From: Vezdaea acicularis
Lineage: Eukaryota
Direction of reading: 5' to 3'
NCBI GenBank assembly: GCA_026025075.1
Contig: JAPEUI010000007.1
Span: 62,001-126,000 of the forward strand
DNA length: 64,000 nucleotides
Shown one piece after another: positions 37,634 through 49,680 of the stretch (the stretch's first letter is position 1; each line of letters opens with the position of its first letter). The notes under the pieces are model-generated. The model saw only the letters and a list, made by a program, of their open reading frames with translations. It had not been told where the DNA came from and did no database searches. Position numbers and translations under genes: made by a program.

Positions 37634-39332
37634 TTAGGGGGTTGGTCTTGAGTAGGGGTCTTTGTGTGCGGGTTTTAGGTGATAGGGAGGGGTGGGGAGG
37701 AGGGGAGGGGGAGGTTGGATATATCCAAAATCAACGAAACGCCAACATCCAAAATCAAAATGAAATCTACACGTGCCCGCGAGATGACCTGCATGAAATG
37801 CCTTGATTGAACGTGTTTTCGTCTCTGTTACTACCCACATATTCTGGTAAGGAAGTAAGGAGGGAAATCATCTGCCCAGTCCACCACCCTTAGATTAAAC
37901 CCTCTCTTTCCCCTTCCCCCCGCCATCAACCAACTGAACCCGCCTCAAAGCAAAAGTCGTTGACACGACTTCTTCGTCGGCATGTAATAGCCACTCTCAA
38001 CTTAAGTCAATTCAACTCAACCATCTCAATTCACTTGTACCCCTTGCCCTCCTCAAATCTTCCCCCCTATATTTCCCCTGCAACGGCACAGGGAGAAGCA
38101 CGAAACGACAGAGTAAGGCGAGGGAAAGGTGGAAAGGTGGAAGTGTAGTAAAAGCAGGGCTTTGGTCCGTAGGAAGGGGGGGTTGGGATGGGATGGATTA
38201 GTTCCCTGAGCGAGTCTACTAAGCAAGGAGGGGGGGGGGTGGAGGGAGCTTTGTTCTCATGGTCACGTCACATCACATTCCTCTCCCCCACCGGAGTTGA
38301 AAGCGGGGACGTTGTATGGTGTTGAGATTGGGTGATGGAGAGGTGCTAGCACGGCTTTTTGAGGTGATGGTTCTAGGATGCTTCTTGGGGTTTGGAATTG
38401 GGGGAGAGAAAGGAGAGCTTTGTTTTATGGTCATTCGCTCCCCGGGGTTGGAGGCGGAGACGTGATATCGAATGATGGGAAGACAGACACATAAGGCTGC
38501 GATAATGCGAGGTCAGTGGGGTGGGGGAATACGTTGGCCTGCTCGCGCGAAGGCGGGGTTTGTTGATGTGGTCGTCTTAGAAGGGCTTCTTAGGTATGGT
38601 CCGTGCGGCACAAACAGAAGCCGTACGATATTAGAGAGACAAGTTGGTAGTGCACTTGTCCTGCTTGCGTGAAGGGCGGGAATGTTGGTGTTGTGGTCAT
38701 GAAAAGAAGTGATTAGTCAAGCACCGTGCTGCACCAGTCAGATCCCAGCCGCCCGCCGTGTGCTCAACGCCGTTCATCATTGGCCGCAATACTGCATAAG
38801 TGAATTATGCCTAGAAACCCCCGTAAAAAGCAAACAATTCAGACCCAACTGTCGAGGCATTGGGCAGTCCGTAGCCCTTTTTCTGGGAGGGGGACCCTTT
38901 TTTCTCAGACCCGTACGGGGTGTGTAAATCTTGTTTTGAGTGCCGAGATTGGAAAAAGGGTGCTAGATGCGGCATTTGTGCGGCGAAGGAACAATGAGCG
39001 AGAGTAAAACCAACGTCATAAACGCGATTGGAAAGTATCACTAGAAACCGCGGCGGGGTGGGTGAACGAAAATGCCGCAAGTTAGACGACGATGGCCTTG
39101 GAAATTGAAAATCGACAAAAGTCCCCACGGGGCCGGTTCTCGGTCGGTGTACCTCTCTTTCCCTTCATGTCCATAGCGAAAAAACACGGAAACTTCGACC
39201 GATTCGGGAAATGCGTCGAGCCAGAGAATTCGAGGGCTGATATAGATTTGCTGTAGTAGGGGACCAGCCCTCGAACACCCTCCCTCAAGGCAGATTCAGC
39301 CACGATAACTCGACGCCTCGATCAGCTTTAAG

Positions 39333-40238
39333 ATGCCAAACATCCTCCTCTTCTGTTGCGTAGGCCTACTCTGCATGCACACCGCCGCAGCGGCCTCTAC
39401 CCCTCTCTTCTCCAACAATTTACTCACCAACCCCTTCCAAACAAGGCCAACGAGCGATTTCTACTGCCTCCCCGATTCTCCGTATTGGCGTTCGCGAAAC
39501 ACGTTTCGATGGGCCGACCCGAGTCTCTGGCCAGCGGCATCCACAGGCATCCAGATAGAGCGTTATGACACGATGAAGAGCTTGTGCGACGCAAACAGCC
39601 CCGTCTCACAGAACATGGGCTGCGCGTGCATAAAGGACAGGCCGGGAGCAAATACTGCTTACCTGCCAGTGGTGTGCCGTCCCGGGAATCAGTTCCTACA
39701 CGCGAGCCCGTTGAAGGAGGCCTGCCTGCGATTGTGCACCTGTGCGGACAGCGAGAGGAGCGCCATTCAAGGCTGGATCGACTTCAGCACCGGCAGGGAA
39801 TATCTTGATTTGGCCGTGTCACGCATTTACCGAGTAACGGACAGCCTCGAGCCGTACAGGAAATGGGCGGTAGAGAGAGCGAGTCCGTATCTCGAAAAAA
39901 TCCCGAATGTGCCGGGTTTGAGGAAGCCCAAATTCAAGGAGTCCTGTTCCCGCGAGTGCGTGGTGAACAATGATTGTGGGCGTCATTGTGCGTGCCACAT
40001 TAGCATGAGCCGGTCATCGTACGATAGCATGCCGATGCTGCTACAACAGACAAGGCATTGTGGACCTCTAGGACCGGTTTTGATAGATTCATCATCTTTC
40101 CTACGATTTGGAAATAAGAAGCGTGATGAGGGTTTCGAGATTGATGCGTGTGTTTGTAACAGCACATACATATCAAAGGGCTGCTGTGATGTTACGGACG
40201 GATTGTTATGGGAAGATCCCGAACTGAAGCTTGGCTGA
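39333..40238 (+). CDS. Secreted cysteine-rich protein A (one 8-Cys module plus C-terminal CxCNxTY..CC..DG..WE motif)
   Basis: Hydrophobic N-terminus MPNILLFCCVGLLCMHTAAA, high Cys content, KKR site, and clear paralogy with the downstream ORF. Confidence 0.8.
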   Translation: MPNILLFCCVGLLCMHTAAAASTPLFSNNLLTNPFQTRPTSDFYCLPDSPYWRSRNTFRWADPSLWPAASTGIQIERYDTMKSLCDANSPVSQNMGCACIKDRPGANTAYLPVVCRPGNQFLHASPLKEACLRLCTCADSERSAIQGWIDFSTGREYLDLAVSRIYRVTDSLEPYRKWAVERASPYLEKIPNVPGLRKPKFKESCSRECVVNNDCGRHCACHISMSRSSYDSMPMLLQQTRHCGPLGPVLIDSSSFLRFGNKKRDEGFEIDACVCNSTYISKGCCDVTDGLLWEDPELKLG

Positions 40239-40753
40239 GCTTGGCTGGTCCAGGGCTGACAGAAGACAAGAGGGTAGAGATGACAAAATAGCCAGAGAAC
40301 ACATGAAGCAAACCCAGCGACGGGTTCACTCCATAAAGCAGAAGAATCAAAGCTGCTTGATTTAAAGTTGCAACATTTTGTACCCCCGTAGGATAAGGCG
40401 CAGTACACGCGTTTGAATGGAGTAAAATGCTGTGAAATAAATCAAGTAAATCCTGCTTTCCACCTGGGGGTGAAGCTTTTGCCGATTCCTTTACGATCAA
40501 AATCCAAAATAGCAGTTCAAGGAAGAGCTTGAGCTGCGGGCTCGACCGACGACGGAAAACAATGAACCGTAATTTCCCATATTTACTGAAAGGTCGCGAA
40601 AGCTTGGCCTCTACAAGAGTTGAGACGCCTTGGATGATAAGATAAATGCCGCACTCAGCCTCAGAGATTCCAAGCTTGCTTGCGAACCTCAGGAAACAAG
40701 AAGACCGGTCGACTGCATCATCTCAGAGGTCGTTTGCCCTAATCCGGGACGTT

Positions 40754-42340
40754 ATGCTCTTCCGCGGTGGGCTGATCTCCGCTCACGTTCTGTCGTTCCT
40801 TCCTCTCGTTTTCCTAAACCCCGACCTGTCACACGCTGGAGGGATAACCGTGAAAGTACCCACGGTCCTGCGTTCGTGCAGAGGCGATCGCGCCCTCGAA
40901 TCAAGCCTTATCTTTTGGCGCATGAACAACGCATGGCCGGACGCTGTAAGAAGCGGTATATCGCCATCTCAGTACTCGACGCAAAGTCAGATCTGCTGGG
41001 CTGGTGAGAGGTTACCCAATGCTGGTTGTTATTGCCATTACCTGAGCGGCAGGGTGCAAATCGTATGCACCAACCCACCTGGTGACGATTGGCTGTACGT
41101 CCGTGGTCCCGACGGTTATTCGATCGCAGATCTGTGTAGTGAAACATGCTCTTGTACAGAAGACTTAGGATCAATACCCATCCGAGGCCTTCGCATCCCT
41201 CGAGACCAACTTCATTGGCAGAAGACTTCCCTGCGACGCGAGAACAAACCAAACGAAAAAGCATCACGAGGACGAGGCCGAAATGCAGGAGCAAAGCATT
41301 TCATCGACCAGATGCAGATTCCTCAAACACGACTTGCCGTAATCTGCGGAAATACGGGCAATTGCGACATATCAAAAATGCCTATCTCCGAAGTGAATAA
41401 GCCATTGTCAGCTCCTACCACTCCCTTATTTGAAGGCTACAGTGAGACTCCCCCGATAATGGGCAAAGATTATATTCTGCAATCAGATCCGGCAAGTTTG
41501 TCAAAACGTGTAGACGATCCTGGATATATTGGAGGCTATGAGCCTCCCTTCTCAGATGTCATATGGTGTGAAGGAGACAAAAGCATGGGAAATAACGAAT
41601 GGCTGAGGCCAGACTACTGGCCTGATCCAATTATCAGTGGGATATTTCCAGTCCAATACGTGTCCCAGGTAGACGTATGTTACGTCGGTAGTTCGCTACC
41701 TAATGCTGGTTGCGCTTGTATGAAAATGTCGAGAGATGGACACCGTGTGGTCTGCACGACTCCGCCGGGAAATAGCGAGCTCCACATGCCAGGGTCTAGT
41801 GGGGTATCGGTCGTGGATTGGTGTGAGAGGACTTGTTTTTGTGGTGATCGAGACGAATCCCCAATGGCCAGGAACGAAAAGGCGCTGGAGGCCGCCAGGA
41901 AGAGCGCTGAAAAATTGAAGGACATATCGAGGCAAGCTCAGGCTAAACAGTTTCTGGCGAAAAGCAGCTTGTTTTCACGCTTTTCAAAGACAAGAACGAG
42001 AAAAGGAAACGAGTACGCGTGTACTTCCTCAATGTCTTGTCCTGAAGGCATGGTCTGCAAAACCGACGTCCATGATTCTGCCTATGAAAACATTAGCCCC
42101 TTGCCGCTTTTTGACCAATTTTCTTGCGTTGTTATGTCCGCAGGAAGATCAGCATTGGGACAAGGCCTGGATTCATGCTCTCTTTGCGGACGTGATGAGC
42201 TGGTGCTTGACAGTACTGCTTGCGCATGCAATGTAACATATGTTTCCAGGGCCTGTTGCGATTCCAATGATGGCATCATTTGGGAAGCGGTCGAGAGGAA
42301 GCTTGGGCAAGTAAGGCTTGCGCCTCGTTATGTACCATAG
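40754..42340 (+). CDS. Secreted cysteine-rich protein B (two 8-Cys modules plus the same C-terminal motif)
   Basis: ORF open from 40646; the likely start MLFRGGLISAHVLSFLPLVFL at 40754 gives a signal-like peptide. Internal duplicated module and LSKR site. Confidence 0.8.
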   Translation: MLFRGGLISAHVLSFLPLVFLNPDLSHAGGITVKVPTVLRSCRGDRALESSLIFWRMNNAWPDAVRSGISPSQYSTQSQICWAGERLPNAGCYCHYLSGRVQIVCTNPPGDDWLYVRGPDGYSIADLCSETCSCTEDLGSIPIRGLRIPRDQLHWQKTSLRRENKPNEKASRGRGRNAGAKHFIDQMQIPQTRLAVICGNTGNCDISKMPISEVNKPLSAPTTPLFEGYSETPPIMGKDYILQSDPASLSKRVDDPGYIGGYEPPFSDVIWCEGDKSMGNNEWLRPDYWPDPIISGIFPVQYVSQVDVCYVGSSLPNAGCACMKMSRDGHRVVCTTPPGNSELHMPGSSGVSVVDWCERTCFCGDRDESPMARNEKALEAARKSAEKLKDISRQAQAKQFLAKSSLFSRFSKTRTRKGNEYACTSSMSCPEGMVCKTDVHDSAYENISPLPLFDQFSCVVMSAGRSALGQGLDSCSLCGRDELVLDSTACACNVTYVSRACCDSNDGIIWEAVERKLGQVRLAPRYVP

Positions 42341-42474
42341 AGATTCTATCAGAAAACTCGTTCCAAATCAACAGCCTGGTCTAACTTCAGTTGGTGGGGG
42401 CCCTCTTCGTAGACACCAGATACCTTTCGGCCTATTTTGCTAAACCTTGCCACGGCGGTGATATTCCCCCTACG

Positions 42475-43649
42475 TTAAGGAGAATTGCCAAGGCTAATAT
42501 GAGCGGCGATCTTTTCGGCAATACTTATGAAGCGGCGCGCCCTTTCGCTATCTGGCTCTGCGGCCACGGTAGGAAACCCTCGGTCAGCATCGTCGCAGAT
42601 GCTTTTATGTAGAGGAATTTCTCCAAGCATACTAATACTATGCTTCGCACAAGCTCGGACAACACCGTCAGAGCTGAAGATATGCGTCTCATGAGAGCAT
42701 TCTGGGCAAATGAAGGTTGACATATTTTGAATCATGCCAAGAATCTGCTCCATATGTTAGGAGTGCAAAACATCAAATGGCAATGACGGTGCCTCACCGG
42801 TATTGAAGTCTTCTTGAACATATTGATGCCTTTCACGGCGTCTCTCAGGGCGATATCTTGCGGTGTCGAGACTATCACAGCACCTGATCAATTGTTAGAG
42901 CACCTCACTAGAGGAGAACACCGGACTTGAGAGCTCTGCTTACCATCTAGTATCACTTGTTGTGTGAGTGTCAACTGGGTATCTCCTGTGCCAGGCGGAA
43001 GATCCAAGACTAAGATATCCAAGACGCCCCAATCAACTTCATGTAAGAGCTGTTGGAGCGCTTTCATAACCATGAGGCCTCTCCAGACTATCGGGGATGA
43101 ATCGTCCACAAGGTATCCCATCGACATGGATTTGACACCATATCTACTTAGGGGAAGGAGCAGGTTGCCTGCACCAAAAAATTAGGCCAGCTGACCCATG
43201 GCACTCCGAGAGGAATCACAGACTTTCCGAGAGCCTTGGCTCTCCAGAGAGACCCAACAATGCAGGGACTGAAGGCCCATATATATCTGTATCAAGTATT
43301 CCACTTCTGAATCCTTTCTGCGCAAAGGCAAGTGCCAAATTAACTACACGAAAATATAAGTCTGGATTCAAAGGATATGCTTTGAGCTTTTATGAGTGCA
43401 CACCTGCGATTGTACTTTTCCCAACTCCGCCCTTTGCCGAGGATACTGCAATTACTTTCTTAACGTTGCGGATTTTTCGCTTCTCTGGAAGGCCGCGCTG
43501 CATTCGCGCCTGAAGATTTGGGGGTAAACTCCTTCGAGGCAGACCCTAATGGTAGGTTAAAAACAGAACAGGCAAGCCTCTAGAATGCAACTGACCAATG
43601 GGTTTTCATGTTGAAGACGCCTCAGAGTAGAGAATGCTCGTTGAATCAT
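42475..43649 (-). CDS. IND1: Mrp/NBP35-family P-loop ATPase, mitochondrial Fe-S protein Ind1/NUBPL (multi-exon)
   Basis: Presequence [68 protein letters not shown]. Confidence 0.92.
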
Positions 43650-43795
43650 GCTTAGTTGCTAGTAAGGACATGACTCTCAGAAATAAGACATCAGGTAATC
43701 TAGCTGCATGCCAAGACTTCTCATGATCGGCAGAAAAAGTTACGCGATCACCGCCTTTCGTCCCGCGCACAACATCTATCCAACAATATGAGATC

Positions 43796-45620
43796 ATGAG
43801 GTTTCCTCGATCGTTGGCTCAGCAGATCGCTGACTTGGAGGATCCTACGCCCATAGGTTTGTTTATGGTGTTATTTACCCTATTCTGTTTGAATTCTTAC
43901 ATATCTTGCAGATTTCGACCCGGAAGGACTCAGTCCAGCCGAGACCGCGGAGCAAGTCGAGGTCTCTGACGCCGAAGAGTCCTTGAGCCAGGGGCGAGAG
44001 CATTATGAAGTTGCACCGTATGATCGGCCAAACCTAAATATGTGGATACTACTAACGACAATTAGGAAGAGCAAGCTTCGTGGACAGGGCGAGCCTTTAT
44101 TGGGTCCACAATACGGTGGTTCTCGCGTGAGCCGTAATGCGCTTCAAGACGAGGACGAATTGAGCGACGATGACCCCTTTGGCAGTGGTCAAACTGCCCA
44201 GAAGTCAATACTGCCTGATGCTGAGAGCGCAGGTGGCGTCAACGACGGAGCAATAGACGACGGGTATAGCCAGGAAATAGATAGCGATGAAGCGTTCGGC
44301 GACAGTGACTTGGAGAAATTCAAGGACTTCACATTTCGAGGTAGTAAAAAGCCCACAGAGCCTAATGGAGCACATTTCCCGGAAGATCTGCCCATAAAGG
44401 GGGCTGTGGACATTTCTGATGGAGACACAGATATGACAGGCCAAGGCAAGGAATCATCGACTAGCGAGGAGGATGAGGGCATGGCTGAAGCTTCGAGCAT
44501 GGAAGAAGACTTTGAGGCAGATGATGGATATTCTTCAGAGGCCTCGCTTTCTGGAACAACCTCTTCTGTCTCCAGCTCAGCATCATCGCCCCAGTCACCC
44601 TCTGCAGAACGTGCCCACCTCCGCAAGCTGATGCAAGAAAGCCAATCCTCAGTCCTCGCAGGGCTGACAGAAGCGGCTCGTGCCGACGCATTGAAAGGAG
44701 CCGCCGTCCTAAAGCAACGCGAAACCTTTGACGCCCTCCTAAACACCCGTATCCGCCTCCAAAAAGCCCTAATAGCAACAAACACGCTCCCTACACTCAC
44801 GACCTTCAACTCCTCCGAGCCACCAACTGCCTCTATCGCCGCTGCAGAAGAAGCTGCCCTCCGCCTTTGGACGACACTCGACTCCCTCCACAACACTCTC
44901 TCTCCTGTACCAAGCAAAAAACGCAAACGCATCCCCAATCCCACAACATTCACATCCACCGCTACGCTCTGGTCTCAAACCATCAGCCATGAGGCCTTAT
45001 CTCAACAATCGCGCAACGGGACCCTCACGAAATGGTCGACCAAGATCCGTGGCGCTTCCACCGTCTCTTTATCCAACCGCCTTAATACCGCAAACACCCA
45101 ACAAAGCATTACCGACGTTCTAGCCAGCCATCTCTCCGACAGCGCGCGCCTCGTAGCCCGGACACGCGTTCCTCGCTCTTGTGCCCCCTTCCAAGCTGCT
45201 AAACGCCCAGGGGAGGAAGATGCAGCAGTCTTCGACGACTCGGAACTCTACCAGGCGCTGCTCCGCGAACTGGTCGCGCAGCGAATAACCTCGACTGCCA
45301 CTAACACCCCAGCAGGTGGTATTCCCGCCTCCGCAGCCCTCAACGGCAGTGGTGAAAATGCATGGGCAAGTATAACGCGCGAAGCGCGGGCGCGGAAAAA
45401 AGTGGACACGAAAGCTAGTAAGGGGCGGAAGCTGCGGTATACAGTGCACGAAAAGCTACAGAACTTCATGGCTCCGGAAGATAGGGGAGAGTGGGGTGAG
45501 AGGCAGGCGGGAGAGCTTTTCGGAGGGTTGCTTGGGAGGAGGGTGGAGCTTGGTGAGGCTGACGAGGATGGTACGGATGTGGACGAAGGGGAAGGACTGA
45601 GGTTATTTGGGGGCGTGTAG
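43796..45620 (+). CDS. BFR2: Ribosome biogenesis protein Bfr2/AATF (2 short 5' introns)
   Basis: SLAQQIADLEDPTPI|DFDPE; FDALLNTRIRLQKAL; FDDSELYQALLRELV; VDTKASKGRKLRYTVHEKLQNFMAP. Confidence 0.93.
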
Positions 45621-45885
45621 GTCTTTTACTCGGACGATGAGGCGTATTCAAGTCGGCCACGCCTCGTATGGCCCATCCAAAATCCACGTTGAGTTGTATT
45701 GACAGGATATTAGATCATGCCAATGCCTTATCTCGCAATAATGTGAAGAAGAGAGTCATTTCTTCAATTCTGATATATCTTCTCTCCTGTGAGCATACGC
45801 CATGAACGCCACCCATGCGTAATGCAATGCAATGGTAGAACAAAGCTCAAGCTTCTCCACATACAATCCATGTAGCCACGGCACC

Positions 45886-48488
45886 TCAATAAATCTCTGG
45901 TAAGCCCTGTGCGCCAAAATCCGGGATGTCCTTGTCACACTTGAAATCCGGCTGATACGCCAACGCGGGCAGAATCCCCGCTTTAAGCCCTTGTTTGTAG
46001 CTCCATTGAGGGCTCTGCTCCGTGTCCCAATTCCAATAGAACCAGCCCCAGCCTTTCTCGAAGCTGTTCATCTGCGCCTCTGCGAACATCTTCAAAAATT
46101 GCTTGTACGTGGCAGAATATCGAGAGGGGTCAGCATTTGCGTCTGAGCATTCGCATGCATTCGCGCCGCGATTGCCCGAGCCGCCAGGGCAGGTTGGAGT
46201 GAGGACTGCCGGGGCAGCGTAGGCGGCTGGAGTCTGTTGGAATGTCCCCGCCCAGCGACTGCCAACGCCCACGTTATTCAGGTACAGGGCACAATCGGTA
46301 TCAGCTTGCGACCACTCGGCACATAGGATGGCTCCGTAGCTGTTAGGGAGGGGAATTAGTACATATTGACCTGGCATTTTAGATATCGAAGAGAAAGTAG
46401 ACTTACCCAGTCGCAGTGTTCATACTCGAGACTGTCTGATTAGTCCAGCCCTGACAAGCAAACTGGACTTTCTGCTGGTGCGTAAAAACGACTTGGTCGA
46501 CGTTGAAGATGACATATTGGTGCACATCCAGCACCGCACCATTCGTTCCACCCAACCCTTGCAGCTCCCCGGTCCAATTCTCCAGCCCCAGAAACCCATC
46601 CCCAAACACCACCGTGGCATTTACGCCATTCTTCCTGATGACATTCGTCACCGTCGTCGTCCAGTTCAGCACCTGCTCCTTGGGCAACTTCGTCATCTTG
46701 GGCTCATTGCACAGGCCGTACAGGGTGATGATACTCTTGTACCGATCCTGCGCAAAGAATTTGCTCAGCTGGTCGTGCACATCGATGCTCCGCTGCGCGT
46801 TCAAATCGCCATCAGTTCCATTTAGCCAGCCGATCGCGCCCCATCTTCCGGAATGATTCCAGCCGTTTTGCGACCCCGGCAAGCCGTGAATGTCAAGGTT
46901 GACGCGCAAGCCATGATTGCGTGCCCACTCGATGCCGCGGAGAAGGTAGCGCCAGGAAACCTGTGACACGTAAGGGTCGCCGGGATAAGTGGTCACCGCC
47001 CAGTATGAGTAAGGAATGCGCACATGATCGAGACCTGCGGCAGCGATTTCGGCAAAGGTGGATTCTGTCACAAAGGATGCATAGTGTTGCTCTAGGATCT
47101 GTTTGGATTTCTGAGCCCCAAGGTGGCTTGTGAGGGTATATTCGTCAACGATACCAAGGGACGAGTCGTAGCTGTTGAAGAGTGAGGGAGTCACGAAGGG
47201 TTCGAGGCTAAGCCAGCCGCCGAGGTTGACGCCGCGTGCAGGGGTTTTGGTGTAGTCCCAGTGCTGGGAAATTGGAGGGACTGTGGGGTTGGGTGAAGTT
47301 TTGTCAGACCAGGTACTATTTAGGCCCATTATGGGAAGTCCGCCAACTTTTTCGTCGGTGTAGGTTACGTTGAAGTTGGTGGTGTCGTACCAGGAAAAGG
47401 GGTCAAGAATTGTGCCCTTGGCGGTGGCCTTCATAGCTCCATGTCAGCTATTCTTCCTGGAGATAGCTTCCGGGGGATAAATCAAGAGAAAGGAAAGTAT
47501 GACATACGGGTATAGAGTCTTGTGATAGACCGTGGAGCTCAGTATTCGCAGGTGGGTCACTCCCGCTCGAAGAAGAAGAAATGCCAGGCCCACTGTTTTT
47601 CTTTTTTGATACTGTGATTGCCACCGGTATGGCAATGACGAGTATGAGCAAGATTATCGCAATGAAGATTACTATATTGTCCATTTAGCGTGCCCTTATC
47701 TCGAGCTTGAGTAGTCACTTACGCATTTTCTTCCCACACAGCCTCCCTCTCTCTCCTTTAGCCATTGAAGCCCAAGCAAACCATGATCTTTTGTCCCTCC
47801 TTCTTTCCACCCTCCCCTCCTCCAATAAAGGCCCGCTAACCAGCCTTCGTTTCCGCCGCTTCTTCTTCTTCCTCTCCGCTTTAACCTTCTCCACTACCCT
47901 CTGCCGATCCCTTTCCTTCTCCCTATACATTATTTTCTCGTTTCCAGAATCCAACGCTCTTAGAGCATCCTCACTAAGCAATTGAGCCGTACTCTGGCTC
48001 GAGCTGTGTTTTGACTCTCGCTCCCTGGTCTTCTCGACCACAATTGCGCGCTCCCCTCGTTCACGCGGGTCCATGCGTTTGCGCCGCGGAGGAGTGTAGT
48101 CATCAACCCTGCCATAGCTGTCTCTTTGTTTCCGTCTCGAGCCCGTTGGTTCGTTTTCCATGCCATTTTTCCTCCCTGCGCGTCGTGGCGGAGATTCGTC
48201 CCCATAGTCACGGGCATAGCTCTCTCGTCGTTTCCTCCTCGGACTTTCTCTTTCATCCCCGGTGTAACTTTCTCGATTTTTCCTCCTTGGACTCGCCCTC
48301 TCATCTCCAGTCCCGCTTTCCCTCCGCTTCCTTCTCGACGGCGGCGGTGTGTCATCCTCACCAAGCCCGCCTCTCATAACCGCATCCTCCTCATACCTGC
48401 GCCGGTGATGCTGCCCATGAGAGGCCCGTCGCGGCGCTCGCAGCGCATCACGCTCCTCTCGCCACGGAGATTCGTAGTGGTCTGGCAT
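45886..48488 (-). CDS. exgD: Membrane-anchored GH5 exo-beta-1,3-glucanase (ExgD-like; 4 exons)
   Basis: Charged cytosolic N-terminus with VSGPLLEEG, TM helix, then GVNLGGWLSLEPF, DHVRIP, DIHGLPGSQNGWNHSG, acid/base NEP and nucleophile AEWS, GWFYWNW. Confidence 0.9.
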
Positions 48489-49680
48489 GCGTCAATTGCT
48501 CTGATGGAATGCATTTATCGCCCTGAAATGCGACAGAGGTGAATAAAGGTGTGACATTTGACCGTTAATGAAGGTGGGTATTTTCGGGTGCGTGTTGGCG
48601 GGGCAACGTAGGGGCATCTCCATTTCAGAACAAGTTCCAACCAACAGAGCGCTAAAAACATGCCCAGAAATGGCAATGCCCAGCGAATATTGAATTTGAG
48701 TTCCTGTGCTAATTTCCTTGTAATGATATCGATCCTTTGCAAATTGATCAAGAAAATCACGACTTTTGTCATGGGTAGGCGGTGAAGGACGGGCTTCAAA
48801 GCCCAGGGACCATATCAAGGCAGGCAACTATACGTCTTGTGCCTTTACACAAGACTTTCGCTGGACAATACTTTGAAATCTACCCTATTTGTATCTAGTC
48901 GAGAAAAGACTTCAAAAGTCCATTTGGAAACGTACTGTCAGCTCAATCTCGCATGCAAAAGTTTGCTTGTTCCAGATTTGTGGGGTGTCACCCATGAAGA
49001 TATAAAATAAAGCCCGAGTGCCAAGGAGCACAAGAAAGTCCAAATCGATGATCCTTTGAGAACATAAATAGTGAAATGTCGCGTGAAGTAAGGCGATAGT
49101 GGGACGTGACTGGGCAGTGTTTGACTTCCCAAAAGTTATAGCATTATTCCCCGATACGTTAATTATTCCCTGATATGTTAGGCCCTTTGCCGCCTTTTCC
49201 ACCTTGCACATCCAATTAAGTCTCGAGAGAAAAAAGGATTAGGTTTGCTCATATTTAAAGATCCGAAGAAATTAGGTGCGGCCAAGATGAACGTAAGATT
49301 TTTCATTACAGCCTTTGCCAAAAGTGTAGGGCAATATCATGATAGCTATAACCCTTAAGAGATTGTGACTCCCCATCTGCTCTGCAAGATGGCATCATTT
49401 GATCAAAGGTACAAACCAGACGAAATGCACTGAATGTTCTACTTTGTTTGATCAAAACACGTATAATTAGCCAGCACTATGGCACCGTCACATGAGGTTA
49501 TTAGCAATCGACCTCGAAATTAGATTGATTACTAATTGGTGGATCTAGCCCACCGCGTAACGAAGGTCTCCATATAGGGGAAAGTTGTTCGCTCTAATGC
49601 TACAGTTCTATGGTACACAAGGTAGTTCCATGCCTACCTAACGCTGTCGTGGCTTGGAGTAAGCTTAAGCTCCAAGTCCT

